Shown: piece by piece, positions 1-10,235 of the stretch | Layout of the letters: each line of letters begins with the position of its first letter | Numbering within the stretch: position 1 is the first letter of the stretch | Source: an uncultured Candidatus Poseidoniales archaeon | GTDB taxonomy: Archaea > Thermoplasmatota > Poseidoniia > Poseidoniales > Poseidoniaceae | Direction of reading: 5' to 3' | DNA: 64,000 bases | Assembly: GCA_964013535.1 (NCBI GenBank) | Contig: CAXGWS010000001.1 | Coordinates: forward strand, 128,861 to 192,860 | Program-made: the position numbers and the translations under genes | The notes under the pieces: generated by a model | The model's input: only the letters and a program-made list of their open reading frames with translations | The model's database searches: none | What the model was told of the DNA's origin: nothing

Positions 1-332
1 TGTTTGTTTGGATTGGCTTATTTGGTATATCCAGTATACTGTTGGCTATTTTAATGCTCGACGAATCATTTCAAAGTATCATTGGGATTACTGCATCATC
101 ACTAGGCAACACTGGACCGGCACTGGGCGCTTACGGCCCCAGCAGTACTTGGTCACCACTAAATTCTGGAGTGCTAATTTTCACCTCGATTTTGATGTGG
201 TTCGGAAGATTGGAACTACTAACAGTAGTTATTCTGCTTCACCCAAGGACTTGGCAAGATGAGAATAAGGAACATAGTGATAGGCGAGCACTAGCATTAT
301 TTAGAAAAATGATACCTGGTAGAAAATCTTGA
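1..332 (+). CDS. TrkH/KtrB-family K+ uptake protein, C-terminal fragment (5' end outside window)
   Basis: Frame is open from window edge (pos 3: FVWIGLFGISSILLAIL...); hydrophobic; pore-loop-like 'SSLGNTGPALG' and tail 'GRLELLTVVILL' typical of the TrkH C-terminus. The TTG at 42 in the ORF track is internal. Confidence 0.6.
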   Translation, partial: FVWIGLFGISSILLAILMLDESFQSIIGITASSLGNTGPALGAYGPSSTWSPLNSGVLIFTSILMWFGRLELLTVVILLHPRTWQDENKEHSDRRALALFRKMIPGRKS

Positions 333-333
333 T

Positions 334-1851
334 CTAGAATAATGTTCGTTGTGCTTTATCGGGTTTAGAATCTTCAATCTCCTCAGTAATAACTTCTGTT
401 TCTTGTGTTACTTTGAGTGGTTCTATTTCCTTAGTTTTTGACTCAATCAAGTTATACCTTGCAACCAATTCCTTGGTTGATTTTCGAGATTTAAGCAGTC
501 CGCACAGGGCAGCATGTTCATCACCAGTCAATCCAAGGTCAATGGACAATCTAAAATCGTCAATACTGCCAATGTCAGAGGTTTCCGAGTGCATAGAAAT
601 TAGTAATGGTAACAACTCTTCCCGCACTGATGATTTACTCGCACCGGTAATTTCAGCAAGTCTGTTGATGATTGTCGTCCGGCCTAGCGTACTACCCCTA
701 CGTAAAAAATTAGGATAACTTGGAAATAATTTACCAGATATTTCTTGTTGGTTAACTACAGATGCCGCTAATCCAGAAATTTGAGAACTCCAATACCATG
801 ACCTGTGTGCAGTATTTTGATACATTGCCATCAACATCTTGGACGATTGGCATAGGGCTTTGTTACCACGGTCAATTGCCTGCTTATTGGTAAAGATAGA
901 GGGGTTATTCCAGTGTATCCAATTAAGTAACTCTGATGGAGCTTTATCAATTGAAACTCCGGTTTTTATTGCTTCATCGGCTTTATTTGATTTGTATAAT
1001 TTTGACAAGCCTGGAAATACTTCGACAGAAACATCTCGTTCACTCGCTTGAATATACTGGTTTACTGAACTCTCGTCTATAGAATTCTCACCGGCTGCAC
1101 AGATAACCTGCAAGTCTCTGACAAGAGCCCTCAAATCTCCGGGATTATTTTTTATCACTGCTTCTATCGCTGAAGTATCATAATCAATATTTTCCGCTTT
1201 CAAAACTCGCCTGGCAATATTACGAAGGGCATCCTTACTCGCTCGTTCAAAATTGATTGTGACAAGTAGCCGCTGAAACCGTTCTCTAGTTGAGCGCCAG
1301 TTTGAAGACTTACCCCACAAACCCATTACTTCATTACAGGCTAAAATGACAGGCTGCTTCGTTTCTGATAGTAATTTAATCAGCTCTGCTTTTCCTCCCG
1401 TATCCCCTCGCAACTTGGTGGTTTCAGATGATTCTAAATTGACTTTTATTGCGTCGTTAATTCTAGATTCACTAACTGAGCGAAGACCGCCGGAAAGATG
1501 GTCAACTTCATCGATGAGAATTAGAGTCTTCTTGTCGCTATCATTAGGCTCAAAGAATAATGAGCGGTGTGTAGCACCTTTTGTAGCTGCTTTTCTTATT
1601 GCTGCCGCATTCCTGGCATCTGAAGCATTCAATTCGATAACATCCCAGCCCATATCTTGGGCAATGGCCCTTGCAACCGTTGTTTTACCAACACCTGGTG
1701 GCCCAGTTAGCAATATTGCCTTATTTTTTGGCACACCATTTTTCCAATCATCCAACCACTTGCGTATCTTTTGTCGTTGTAATTCATTACCCTCAAGATG
1801 GCTTTCCGATACTGGCCGATGCCTTTCTGTCCAATCAGAAACCTCAGCCAT
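334..1851 (-). CDS. rfcL: Replication factor C large subunit
   Basis: AAA+ clamp loader: 'WTERHRP' box, Walker A 'GPPGVGKTT', Walker B 'LILIDEVD'; ~505 aa as in archaeal RfcL; ATG at 1851. Confidence 0.9.
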   Translation of the reverse strand: MAEVSDWTERHRPVSESHLEGNELQRQKIRKWLDDWKNGVPKNKAILLTGPPGVGKTTVARAIAQDMGWDVIELNASDARNAAAIRKAATKGATHRSLFFEPNDSDKKTLILIDEVDHLSGGLRSVSESRINDAIKVNLESSETTKLRGDTGGKAELIKLLSETKQPVILACNEVMGLWGKSSNWRSTRERFQRLLVTINFERASKDALRNIARRVLKAENIDYDTSAIEAVIKNNPGDLRALVRDLQVICAAGENSIDESSVNQYIQASERDVSVEVFPGLSKLYKSNKADEAIKTGVSIDKAPSELLNWIHWNNPSIFTNKQAIDRGNKALCQSSKMLMAMYQNTAHRSWYWSSQISGLAASVVNQQEISGKLFPSYPNFLRRGSTLGRTTIINRLAEITGASKSSVREELLPLLISMHSETSDIGSIDDFRLSIDLGLTGDEHAALCGLLKSRKSTKELVARYNLIESKTKEIEPLKVTQETEVITEEIEDSKPDKAQRTLF

Positions 1852-1913
1852 GAACGCAACTTGAGTCGAAGGTTATTCAATCTTAACAATAAATTTAGAA
1901 ACTACATCTATGT

Positions 1914-3581
1914 TTACAATTCATTTGCTGCAATGCGATGCTGTTCGCCAGTGTCACGGTCTCTAATTGTGACCGTGTTATCTGTCAAAGATTGATGGTC
2001 TATAGTGATACAAATCGGGACGCCAATTTCATCGGCTCTTGCATATCTACGGCCAATTGAGCCGCTTGAATCATAGGTTGCAACAACTCCAATTTTTTTG
2101 TTTAGAGCGTCGTTAACCGTCTTAGCCATTGCTCCCATTCCGTCTTTTTCGAATAACGGAAAAACACAATAATCAACTGGGACGATGTTTGGATTCAATT
2201 TCATTAGTGTATAATCCTCATCTTGTTTTTCTAGTTCGTGATAGGCATGATCGAGGATATGCCAAATTATTCTGTCTATACCAAATGCTGGCTCAACAAC
2301 ATGCGGAATGAACCATTCACCAGTAATCGTGTCAATTCTTTGTAACCGTTTAACATGGTTCTGCTCTACAATCAATTTTTCTCCATCGATAGTGATTTCT
2401 TGCGGGAACTCCGTTTGGGCAGGAAATTGCTCTACTGTGTGTTTTACTTTTCCGGCAAGTGAACGAAACGCAGGTCCGGCAACGGAGCCATCAATTGTCC
2501 AACCATCGATTACCACTTCCTTTGGAGTGTCAAATTCACGCCTTGCCCTAAGCACTTTTCCAGTATAATCCTCATGGGCTTTCAAATCATAACAACCGCG
2601 GTGAGCAATTCCGACACATTCTATCCAGCCGTACGAACCGTTTATTTCCGCATCCCAACAATCTGTAGCATAGTGAGCCATTTCATTAGACTCATGTTGT
2701 CTAAATCTTATTCGCTTAGCATCAATCCCAACCTTAACCAGGAAATCATAGGTTTTAGCAATAAAGAAACCGACAGTCTCGTGTCTAACTATGCCACTTT
2801 CAACAGCATCCGCGATAGAAATTGATTGCTCACCCTCTGCTTCGCTGACCATCGTCATCATAACATCTGCCCACGGTGAAAAATCATGCTTTACTTCTGC
2901 CTCAGGGTCGATAAAATACTCCAATTCAGCCATATTGAATTCTCGGAGTCTTATCATGCCTTGACGGGGTGATATCTCATTCCTGTAGCCCTTTCCTATC
3001 TGAACGGCGCCAAATGGAAGTTTTTCGCGAAAATGCCGGTAAAGAGTACGAAATGATGTGAACATTCCTTGAGCTGTCTCGGGCCTCAAGAATCCATTAC
3101 GCCCGGATGTTCCTGCACCGATGGTAGTATTGAACATTAGATTCTGTGCCGATATTTCGGACCATTCATTAGCGCCACATTGTACACACTGGGGGGCAGA
3201 TTCAATCAACAAATTTTGCAAATCTGATTTACTCAATGAATCTGGATTGGGATGGAATGGTTCAAGCAAAGTATCGGCTCTGCTCACCTCTTCACACGCC
3301 AAACAAGCAGTCATAAAATCGGAAAATTCTCCCACATGGCCACTTGCTTCGAGTACTTCATAAGGCGTTATTGTCGGGCAGGAGATTTCGGCAATATTAC
3401 CAAGTGAAATCCAGTGATCCAGCCAAGCTTGGTTTACTCTATTGCGTAGACGCCCACCATTTGGACCAAAATCGTACAATCCCTTTGACCCGCCATGGAT
3501 TTCAAATGCCGGCAAAATAAAACCTCGGCGTTTTAGCATACCAGACAAACGTTCCAGTCTTGCCTCCGAATTCTCATTCAT
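1914..3581 (-). CDS. glyS: Glycyl-tRNA synthetase (archaeal/eukaryotic class II type)
   Basis: 'RRGFILPAFEIHGG..GLYDFGPNG' N-terminus, 'YRNEISPRQGMIRLREFNMAE' motif 2, C-terminal anticodon-binding region; 555 aa. Confidence 0.93.
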   Translation of the reverse strand: MNENSEARLERLSGMLKRRGFILPAFEIHGGSKGLYDFGPNGGRLRNRVNQAWLDHWISLGNIAEISCPTITPYEVLEASGHVGEFSDFMTACLACEEVSRADTLLEPFHPNPDSLSKSDLQNLLIESAPQCVQCGANEWSEISAQNLMFNTTIGAGTSGRNGFLRPETAQGMFTSFRTLYRHFREKLPFGAVQIGKGYRNEISPRQGMIRLREFNMAELEYFIDPEAEVKHDFSPWADVMMTMVSEAEGEQSISIADAVESGIVRHETVGFFIAKTYDFLVKVGIDAKRIRFRQHESNEMAHYATDCWDAEINGSYGWIECVGIAHRGCYDLKAHEDYTGKVLRARREFDTPKEVVIDGWTIDGSVAGPAFRSLAGKVKHTVEQFPAQTEFPQEITIDGEKLIVEQNHVKRLQRIDTITGEWFIPHVVEPAFGIDRIIWHILDHAYHELEKQDEDYTLMKLNPNIVPVDYCVFPLFEKDGMGAMAKTVNDALNKKIGVVATYDSSGSIGRRYARADEIGVPICITIDHQSLTDNTVTIRDRDTGEQHRIAANEL

Positions 3582-3690
3582 CGCCCTTACCGAGGTAGTC
3601 GAGTAGTATCTTACCTTTGAAATTGACCATTGATAAAGTTCAATTTCAGCGAATACGCATGGTTAAGAACACCCTCCGGTAGGCTTTATC

Positions 3691-4791
3691 ATGGGACATG
3701 AGTTTGATTATGATGTTATCGTAATCGGCGGTGGACCCGCGGGGAGTACCGTGGCAAGATACGCTGCCCAAGAAAATATCAAAGTCTTGGTAATTGATGC
3801 TAGAGCCTCTATTGGTTCTCCATTGCAATGCGGAGAATTAGTACCGACCAATGATGAGATGCGCCGTCTGTGCCCGGATGTCCCTGACATGGATGATCTA
3901 TTCCAAACCCCGGAACATGCGATTTCCCGAACTTGTGACACAATGAATATAATCACTCCATCTGGCAAATCATTATCTTACAAATTCGAAGGACTCATAT
4001 TAAATCGAGTTGCTCACGATGAGGCACTGGTGGATTTAGCCAAAAAAGCAGGAGCCGAGTATTTAGTAAAATCCTTTGTGAAAGTCGTTGAACAAAATTC
4101 GGTGACCCTTAGAAACGGTAAGACAATTACTGCCAAAGTGATTGTTGGAGCAGCCGGACACAAAGATCCTATAAGGAGAAAATACTGGAAAGAAAAATCA
4201 GTGAACATTCCCGTAAAGTTTGAGCTGAAAGAAGGAGATTATGGCGATGCTGTTGAGTTACACTTTGGCTCAATGGCACCAGGTGGCTATGCTTGGATGT
4301 TTCCGAAGGCACAGGGTGCCAATATCGGCATAGGAATACAGAAAAGTTTTGCTAAAGGGAAATCGCTAAACAAATATTCTCGTGATTTTATCGACAAGTA
4401 TGATGGTGATACCACGTTCAAAGGTGCTGGTTCCCTACCAATGTCAGGGACTATCAAGCGTTTTGTCAAAGGGAACCACCTATTAGTTGGAGATGCGGCT
4501 GGAATGGTTCTACCCTCGAATGGGGCTGGAATAACTATCGCAATGGTTGGTGGCAGAATAGCCGGACAAGTTGTCGCTCAACACATAATTAACAATCAAC
4601 CATTAGAAAATTACGAGAAAGTTTGGGCCACACAAATGGGCAAAGTAATGAAAAATTCCAAACGTTCTTTCAAGATTGGTAGTCTGATGTTTCGCATGCC
4701 TGACAGGCTGTTGGATTTATTCTTCAATCGCCTAACTAAAGGTATTGTGTGGAGAGCCGTAACCTGCAGACGTATGTTTTGGATATTTTAG
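3691..4791 (+). CDS. Geranylgeranyl reductase family (digeranylgeranylglycerophospholipid reductase-like)
   Basis: FAD Rossmann 'YDVIVIGGGPAGS', 'LLVGDAAGMV'; 366 aa, typical size of archaeal GGR. Confidence 0.85.
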   Translation: MGHEFDYDVIVIGGGPAGSTVARYAAQENIKVLVIDARASIGSPLQCGELVPTNDEMRRLCPDVPDMDDLFQTPEHAISRTCDTMNIITPSGKSLSYKFEGLILNRVAHDEALVDLAKKAGAEYLVKSFVKVVEQNSVTLRNGKTITAKVIVGAAGHKDPIRRKYWKEKSVNIPVKFELKEGDYGDAVELHFGSMAPGGYAWMFPKAQGANIGIGIQKSFAKGKSLNKYSRDFIDKYDGDTTFKGAGSLPMSGTIKRFVKGNHLLVGDAAGMVLPSNGAGITIAMVGGRIAGQVVAQHIINNQPLENYEKVWATQMGKVMKNSKRSFKIGSLMFRMPDRLLDLFFNRLTKGIVWRAVTCRRMFWIF

Positions 4792-4897
4792 TCCACTGTC
4801 AGAAGTACAGTTTGACATCTATGCACTCTGTGTTTTAAAGGCGAAGTTTTGAAGTAGTTGTTGCATTCACTGCGAACCACTGGGATAGTGAAATAAA

Positions 4898-7800
4898 ATG
4901 GTAAAGATAGAGTATCTTGATAATCCACAAGATACCGAAGGTCTTCTCGCAATGCTATGCCCTCCGGTAAGGAACTGGTTCAAAGATAAATTTCCGGACT
5001 TCACTAGACCGCAAAAATTAGCTATTCCTGCTATCATGGATCGCAAGCACCTGTTGTTGTGTTCTCCAACGGGTTCTGGTAAAACACTTACCGCATTTTT
5101 AACGGTAATCGATAAACTGGTTAGAATGGCTCTGGATGGAAAGCTGCAAAAGAAAGTTCATTGCGTATATATCTCTCCTATCAAGGCATTAGCCAACGAT
5201 ATTCAGCGGAACTTGATTGGCCCACTTACGGAAATATCTGAAAGATACTTGCCCGATAGAGCGCAAGAAATCAAGGTTGGGTTGAGGACTGGAGATACGC
5301 CGCAGTCTGAACGACAAAGAATGTTGAAACATCCACCACACATCCTAATAACTACCCCAGAGAGTCTCGCTATTGCAATAACTTCGCCAAAGTTCCAACC
5401 AATTGTAAGTGAATTAGAGTATATGATTGTCGATGAATTACATTCACTCGTACCTACCAAGCGAGGTGTCCACCTCGGTCTTACATTATCGTACCTTGAT
5501 ACTTTGTTGCAAACTCCAGTGCAGCGTATTGGAATCTCTGCAACGATGGAACCTTTGGAAAAAGTGGCTCAATACCTCGTATCGAGTGATGATCGAGAAA
5601 GCCGTGGAGAAGAGAGCCATGTATGCATAGCCAAGGTCTCGGGTTCAAGAGAACTCGATATGGACATCATAATTCCAGATAATAGATTCAGCGACCTTTC
5701 TGTTATGAAAGTGCTTGAGAAAAATATTGAGGTCATTGCTGACTTAATTGCTGCACACACCACCACTCTTGTGTTTGCTAATACGAGGAAAATGACTGAA
5801 ACTTTGGTGCAAAGATTGCGCCCCCATTTGGGAGAACTAATTGCGGGCCATCATGGTTCAATGGATAAAAAAATTAGATTGGATGTCGAAAAACGGCTAA
5901 AACATGGCCATTTGAGGGCAGTAGTCACCTCATCATCACTTGAAATGGGTATTGACATCGGTTCAGTCGATTTGGTGATTCAAGTTGGAAGTCCGGGTGA
6001 TATTGCAACAGCACTTCAGCGCATAGGTAGAGCAGGCCACCATGTTGGTGGGATACCAAGAGCACGGTTTTTACCAACTAGTGTTGACGACCTAATCGAA
6101 TTAGCAGCTTTGCAGTCAGCAATTCAAAAAGGTGACATGGACATCTTGAATTTCCCAGAGAATTGCTTAGATGTAGTGGCTCAGTTTATGATTGGTCTGG
6201 TAATTATTAATCAAATTGACATTGATGAAGCATATGAAGTAATAGTAAATGCTTGGTCGTATAGAAATTTCGAGTACGATGATTTTATTGAAGTACTCGA
6301 CATGTTGGAAGAGGAACGCCGCGTTTGGGTAGACTGGGAAGAAAATATCTACGGCAAACGAGGATATTCAAGAATGATTTACTATACGAATATAGGAACC
6401 ATTGCACCAGATAATTCATATTTGGTGTTTAATGCTGAAGGCTCAGTTTTAGGTCAACTAAGTGGCTCATTTGTATCTAACCTTAGAAGCGGAGACGTAA
6501 TTCTATTAGGTGGTTCAACATATCGAGTCACTAATATTCAGGGGACAAGAGTAAACGTAACTGCAGTGACTGGTTACCGTCCAACTGTACCATCTTGGTC
6601 TGGTGAAGCGCGCTCGAGGTCGAGAGAGCTATCTAGTGCGCTTCTGGAATTAATTGGACATTGCATCGTTGCGCTACGCAAAGAAATGGACCCAAGAATG
6701 ATACTTTGTGACGCATACGGATTATCGAACATAGTAGCAAATTCAATAGCGAGACACTTAGAAGAACACTCAATCGACTCCTTCCAAGTTCCAGACCCAA
6801 ATCGAATTTTAGTAGAACAAATTATCAGCGGCGGTCATCCAACTTACATGATTACCACATGTCGAGGTAGAGGTTTCAACACTGCCTTAGGTTATTTCCT
6901 TGCTGGTTTAGCAGAGTCGAATGGCATTAGCGTCATCGAAATGTCATTTGATGAAAATGGCTTGCTTCTTCGTACATCGCAAGAAATTGAACCGAGAGAA
7001 ATGTATGATTCATTTAGCAGTCAGAATCACATCGAAGTTATTGAAAGATATATCATTAATACTCAGATTTTTGCCAAGCGATTCAAAGAGGTAGCGGGAA
7101 GGTCACTGATTATCCCAAAGCGAATTGGGGCCGACGAAATTAGTCCGCAAGTGTTTCAGCAAAAAGCGGATGCTTTACTGAATAAACATCGTACTATTGA
7201 AGATAGTTTATTGATGAGGGAAGCTAAGAATGAAATTATGTTTGGCGATATCGACCTAAACAGTTTGAATGATTTCCTAAATTTGTGTATGGAAGGTCAA
7301 GCAAGAATCGTTCATCAAAAAATGACTATACCTTCAAGACTTGGTATGTCGCTATTTATGTCGGCATTTGAAGATTTGATGTCAATGAAAACAAGGGCCT
7401 TCTTGGTAAAGGATATCGATCCTACAATTTTACAAAGATTACTTGGAACTAGAAGCCTAGCCACAGAATTATCAGAAGAAGAACTTAACGAATATTACCT
7501 AAACAAAGCCCCAATACCTGAAAATTCAGATGGATTACTAAATTTGATGTCGCATGGTGGAGGTTTAGAAAAATCCTTCAACAATCCGCTGTACAAAGAA
7601 AAATTACAGGGCATAGATATTGAAATATTACGCGGATGGGTACAGGATTTGTGTCAACGTGGTGAAATAGTCAAGATTAGAAACACTGGCTCACCAGAAT
7701 TGGACGAAAAATGGTTTACTCCATACATGGCTGAGATTCATGGCACGTTAGGATGTCTTGCAACAAATGGTGGTAAAGATGTTAAAGATCTCCGTGAATT

Positions 7801-10183
7801 ACACACAGAAGGAATGGAATATGAGATTGCCGTCGAATATGATGGATTAAAACCAACTCAGTGGAAAACCATGAAAATAAGTGATCCACACGTAGCCATG
7901 CGTGTCAAGATAATCGAAATGCTTGGCAGTGAAGGCCCTAAAATGGCCGACCAAATTGAAGACAGGTTGCCATTTTCTAAGCAACTTGTCGATCGACTTT
8001 TACACGAGTTGGAATCTAGAAACGTCATTTCAGTTGGCTTTTACAAACAAACTGATGAGGCTGAATATATCCTGAAAATCGATGAACACCGCTTGACTGG
8101 TGGCGAAGAGGAAGTTGTCGAATATCGGTGGGTACAAAACATGGTATTTGACAAATCATTCGCAAAATATGAGGATGGTTTCTCAGCATTTGATTCTCAC
8201 GTAATCTTTCAAAAACAACAAGAACTTCTCTACCGCGTCGACCAATTTAGATTCAAAGATTGGAAAGACTTGCAGATGGACTCCGATGTAATCATGGGTC
8301 GATTACTTCACAATCGAATCGGCTACACTACTAAGAAAAACATCCCCATGCTTCTTGGACTCAAGCCTGAACCTTGGATTGGACCGATGGAAGAGCAAAT
8401 TCTTGAAAAAATCCCACCTGGAATAAATGTCACAAGGCAAGAAATTATGCAAGATTTCCCTAAGGGAGACGAATTCAAATCATTGCAGCGAGACTTGAAG
8501 CGTGCTTTGGACAACTTAGAAAGACAAATGTTGGTAGTTAAACAATTTGAAGATGTAGTTGGTAGAAGAAGAAAATTATCCCTATTTCACCGAGTACACG
8601 GTGTTTACACCCCGACAAGCTTCGAAGATTCCTTGGTAGATGTAGTAAAACGCTTAGGCCCAATTAAGTCTCACACGCTCCGATTTTTTGTAACAAAATC
8701 ATACGAAGAATTGACTATTGCTCTGATGAATTTAGAAAAATCTGGTAAAATTGCCAAGGTTGTCTCACTGGTACCCGAACCTGAGGCTTTTTACTGTATG
8801 CCAGAGGAAGTTGAACAATTAAAGAGGCCGAGCAGAGAGGATGGAAAATTACGTATCCTAACCCAATCTGATCCCTATGTTTCCCGATTTATTTGGGAAG
8901 TTAGAAGCATTCTTGACCGTGGATGGTACCTACCAGTGTTCAAAGGTGTAGACCCTATTGGTAAGGTTTTGATGTTCAAGGTTAATGATTATCTTGAGGT
9001 AAAAGACTTACACATACCTAATGCATACATAGAAGAGTTCTGTGACGCATTTGCTGTACTACTTGACAACCATTCGGACCAACTTGTTGATGTGGCTGTG
9101 TTGACAAATTTCAACAGCGAGCCAGTTTCTCAATTAGACCCGGAAACGCGAAAATATCTCGAAAATATCGGCTTCAAACTGACGGGGGAGCGAATGATTA
9201 GAGGGGGTATTGTTGACCCTCAGCCAAGGGAGATTGCGGAACGAGCACTTTTCCACAGACACTTCCTTCATCAATCTACACGATTAGAAAACGAAGTTAT
9301 CGCAATGAGAAAAATCCCCGAAGTAAGAGATGATTTTGCGTTGCGAGGCCGATGTGAGGTATATCGTGCTGACCTCAAAAGTATGGCCAGCGCAAACCGG
9401 TTGCATCAAGGAGTCAATCTACGTGGTCACCAAGTCTGGGCGACGTACGAGCATTTCCAAGATTTACTCATCATTCGTGGAATTCCCGCTGATGAGGATT
9501 TATTAGACATAGTTGATTTCTTTTCAACAAATTCAGACCCAAATATATTCAAAGAAAGACATGCATTATCACAATCTGAGTTCCGCAAACTTATCCAACC
9601 CCTAATTCGAACTGGCCACATTGTCCAAGACTTTAGAGGCGGGTTTAGGACTGTGGCTCCGAAATCGTCGATAGACCCAATAGAGTTGCGTAAAGAATAC
9701 CTCCGCAAAATGGTCAAAGAGTATCCAATAATTACTCTTAAGCAATTCATGAGATTGGCTGGAACCCCATTCAAACCCGAGGAAATAAAATCCGTTTTGA
9801 ATTCATTTGAGCAGGACGGGACACTGATTAAAGGATTCCTTATTGAAGACTTACATGAGGTTTGTTGGGGTCGAAAAGAACTACTTGAAGAAGCCAAAGA
9901 CATTCGACCAATCCGAGATTTTGTTTTGCCGCCAAGCGATCCGATTTCACCATACTTCGCTGATGTACTCAAAGAGAAATTTGGGTTTGGTTCAGCATAT
10001 TTAGTTTTCAAGAATGCTGAACCTGTGGCTGCATTTAAGGCGAATACCAGAAACAAGATAATTGAAGTCAAAGATTATGAAGGCTCTGAAAAGGGTTGGA
10101 GGATAGTCAAGGAGTTTGCATGGGAACATCAAATGCCACTTGAGACCGAGTTAAGAATCGGTGGAAAAAAGATGACTCGATGA
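4898..10183 (+). CDS. lhr: Lhr-family SF2 ATP-dependent helicase with ~850-aa C-terminal winged-helix extension
   Basis: Walker A 'SPTGSGKT', DExH 'VDELH', 'SAT', 'HHGSM', 'QRIGRAGH'; Lhr-type post-helicase region; C-terminal half contains several WH-like modules, including an internal duplication (approx 8680-9130 and 9715-10180). Confidence 0.85.
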   Translation: MVKIEYLDNPQDTEGLLAMLCPPVRNWFKDKFPDFTRPQKLAIPAIMDRKHLLLCSPTGSGKTLTAFLTVIDKLVRMALDGKLQKKVHCVYISPIKALANDIQRNLIGPLTEISERYLPDRAQEIKVGLRTGDTPQSERQRMLKHPPHILITTPESLAIAITSPKFQPIVSELEYMIVDELHSLVPTKRGVHLGLTLSYLDTLLQTPVQRIGISATMEPLEKVAQYLVSSDDRESRGEESHVCIAKVSGSRELDMDIIIPDNRFSDLSVMKVLEKNIEVIADLIAAHTTTLVFANTRKMTETLVQRLRPHLGELIAGHHGSMDKKIRLDVEKRLKHGHLRAVVTSSSLEMGIDIGSVDLVIQVGSPGDIATALQRIGRAGHHVGGIPRARFLPTSVDDLIELAALQSAIQKGDMDILNFPENCLDVVAQFMIGLVIINQIDIDEAYEVIVNAWSYRNFEYDDFIEVLDMLEEERRVWVDWEENIYGKRGYSRMIYYTNIGTIAPDNSYLVFNAEGSVLGQLSGSFVSNLRSGDVILLGGSTYRVTNIQGTRVNVTAVTGYRPTVPSWSGEARSRSRELSSALLELIGHCIVALRKEMDPRMILCDAYGLSNIVANSIARHLEEHSIDSFQVPDPNRILVEQIISGGHPTYMITTCRGRGFNTALGYFLAGLAESNGISVIEMSFDENGLLLRTSQEIEPREMYDSFSSQNHIEVIERYIINTQIFAKRFKEVAGRSLIIPKRIGADEISPQVFQQKADALLNKHRTIEDSLLMREAKNEIMFGDIDLNSLNDFLNLCMEGQARIVHQKMTIPSRLGMSLFMSAFEDLMSMKTRAFLVKDIDPTILQRLLGTRSLATELSEEELNEYYLNKAPIPENSDGLLNLMSHGGGLEKSFNNPLYKEKLQGIDIEILRGWVQDLCQRGEIVKIRNTGSPELDEKWFTPYMAEIHGTLGCLATNGGKDVKDLRELHTEGMEYEIAVEYDGLKPTQWKTMKISDPHVAMRVKIIEMLGSEGPKMADQIEDRLPFSKQLVDRLLHELESRNVISVGFYKQTDEAEYILKIDEHRLTGGEEEVVEYRWVQNMVFDKSFAKYEDGFSAFDSHVIFQKQQELLYRVDQFRFKDWKDLQMDSDVIMGRLLHNRIGYTTKKNIPMLLGLKPEPWIGPMEEQILEKIPPGINVTRQEIMQDFPKGDEFKSLQRDLKRALDNLERQMLVVKQFEDVVGRRRKLSLFHRVHGVYTPTSFEDSLVDVVKRLGPIKSHTLRFFVTKSYEELTIALMNLEKSGKIAKVVSLVPEPEAFYCMPEEVEQLKRPSREDGKLRILTQSDPYVSRFIWEVRSILDRGWYLPVFKGVDPIGKVLMFKVNDYLEVKDLHIPNAYIEEFCDAFAVLLDNHSDQLVDVAVLTNFNSEPVSQLDPETRKYLENIGFKLTGERMIRGGIVDPQPREIAERALFHRHFLHQSTRLENEVIAMRKIPEVRDDFALRGRCEVYRADLKSMASANRLHQGVNLRGHQVWATYEHFQDLLIIRGIPADEDLLDIVDFFSTNSDPNIFKERHALSQSEFRKLIQPLIRTGHIVQDFRGGFRTVAPKSSIDPIELRKEYLRKMVKEYPIITLKQFMRLAGTPFKPEEIKSVLNSFEQDGTLIKGFLIEDLHEVCWGRKELLEEAKDIRPIRDFVLPPSDPISPYFADVLKEKFGFGSAYLVFKNAEPVAAFKANTRNKIIEVKDYEGSEKGWRIVKEFAWEHQMPLETELRIGGKKMTR

Positions 10184-10204
10184 AAAATACATCGGGCGCA
10201 ATAG

Positions 10205-10213
10205 TTTTAATAT
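10205..10213 (+). promoter_or_regulatory. TATA-box-like element (TTTTAATAT) for the adhesin gene
   Basis: Centred about 27 nt upstream of ATG 10236 with no SD motif in between, consistent with a leaderless archaeal transcript. Confidence 0.3.
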
Positions 10214-10235
10214 CAACTCCAATTATTCAAACACA

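Noticed and set aside
8-262. 84-aa ORF in an alternative frame at the window start
   Set aside because: It overlaps the TrkH-like frame, which is open from the window edge and has recognisable family motifs. The alternative frame has no recognisable features.
1346-1864. 172-aa ORF antisense to rfcL
   Set aside because: It lies entirely inside a confidently identified gene on the other strand and has Ser/Leu-rich shadow-frame composition.
9427-10071. 214-aa ORF antisense to the Lhr C-terminal region
   Set aside because: It is a shadow ORF within the continuous, internally duplicated Lhr frame. It is Ser-rich with no motifs.
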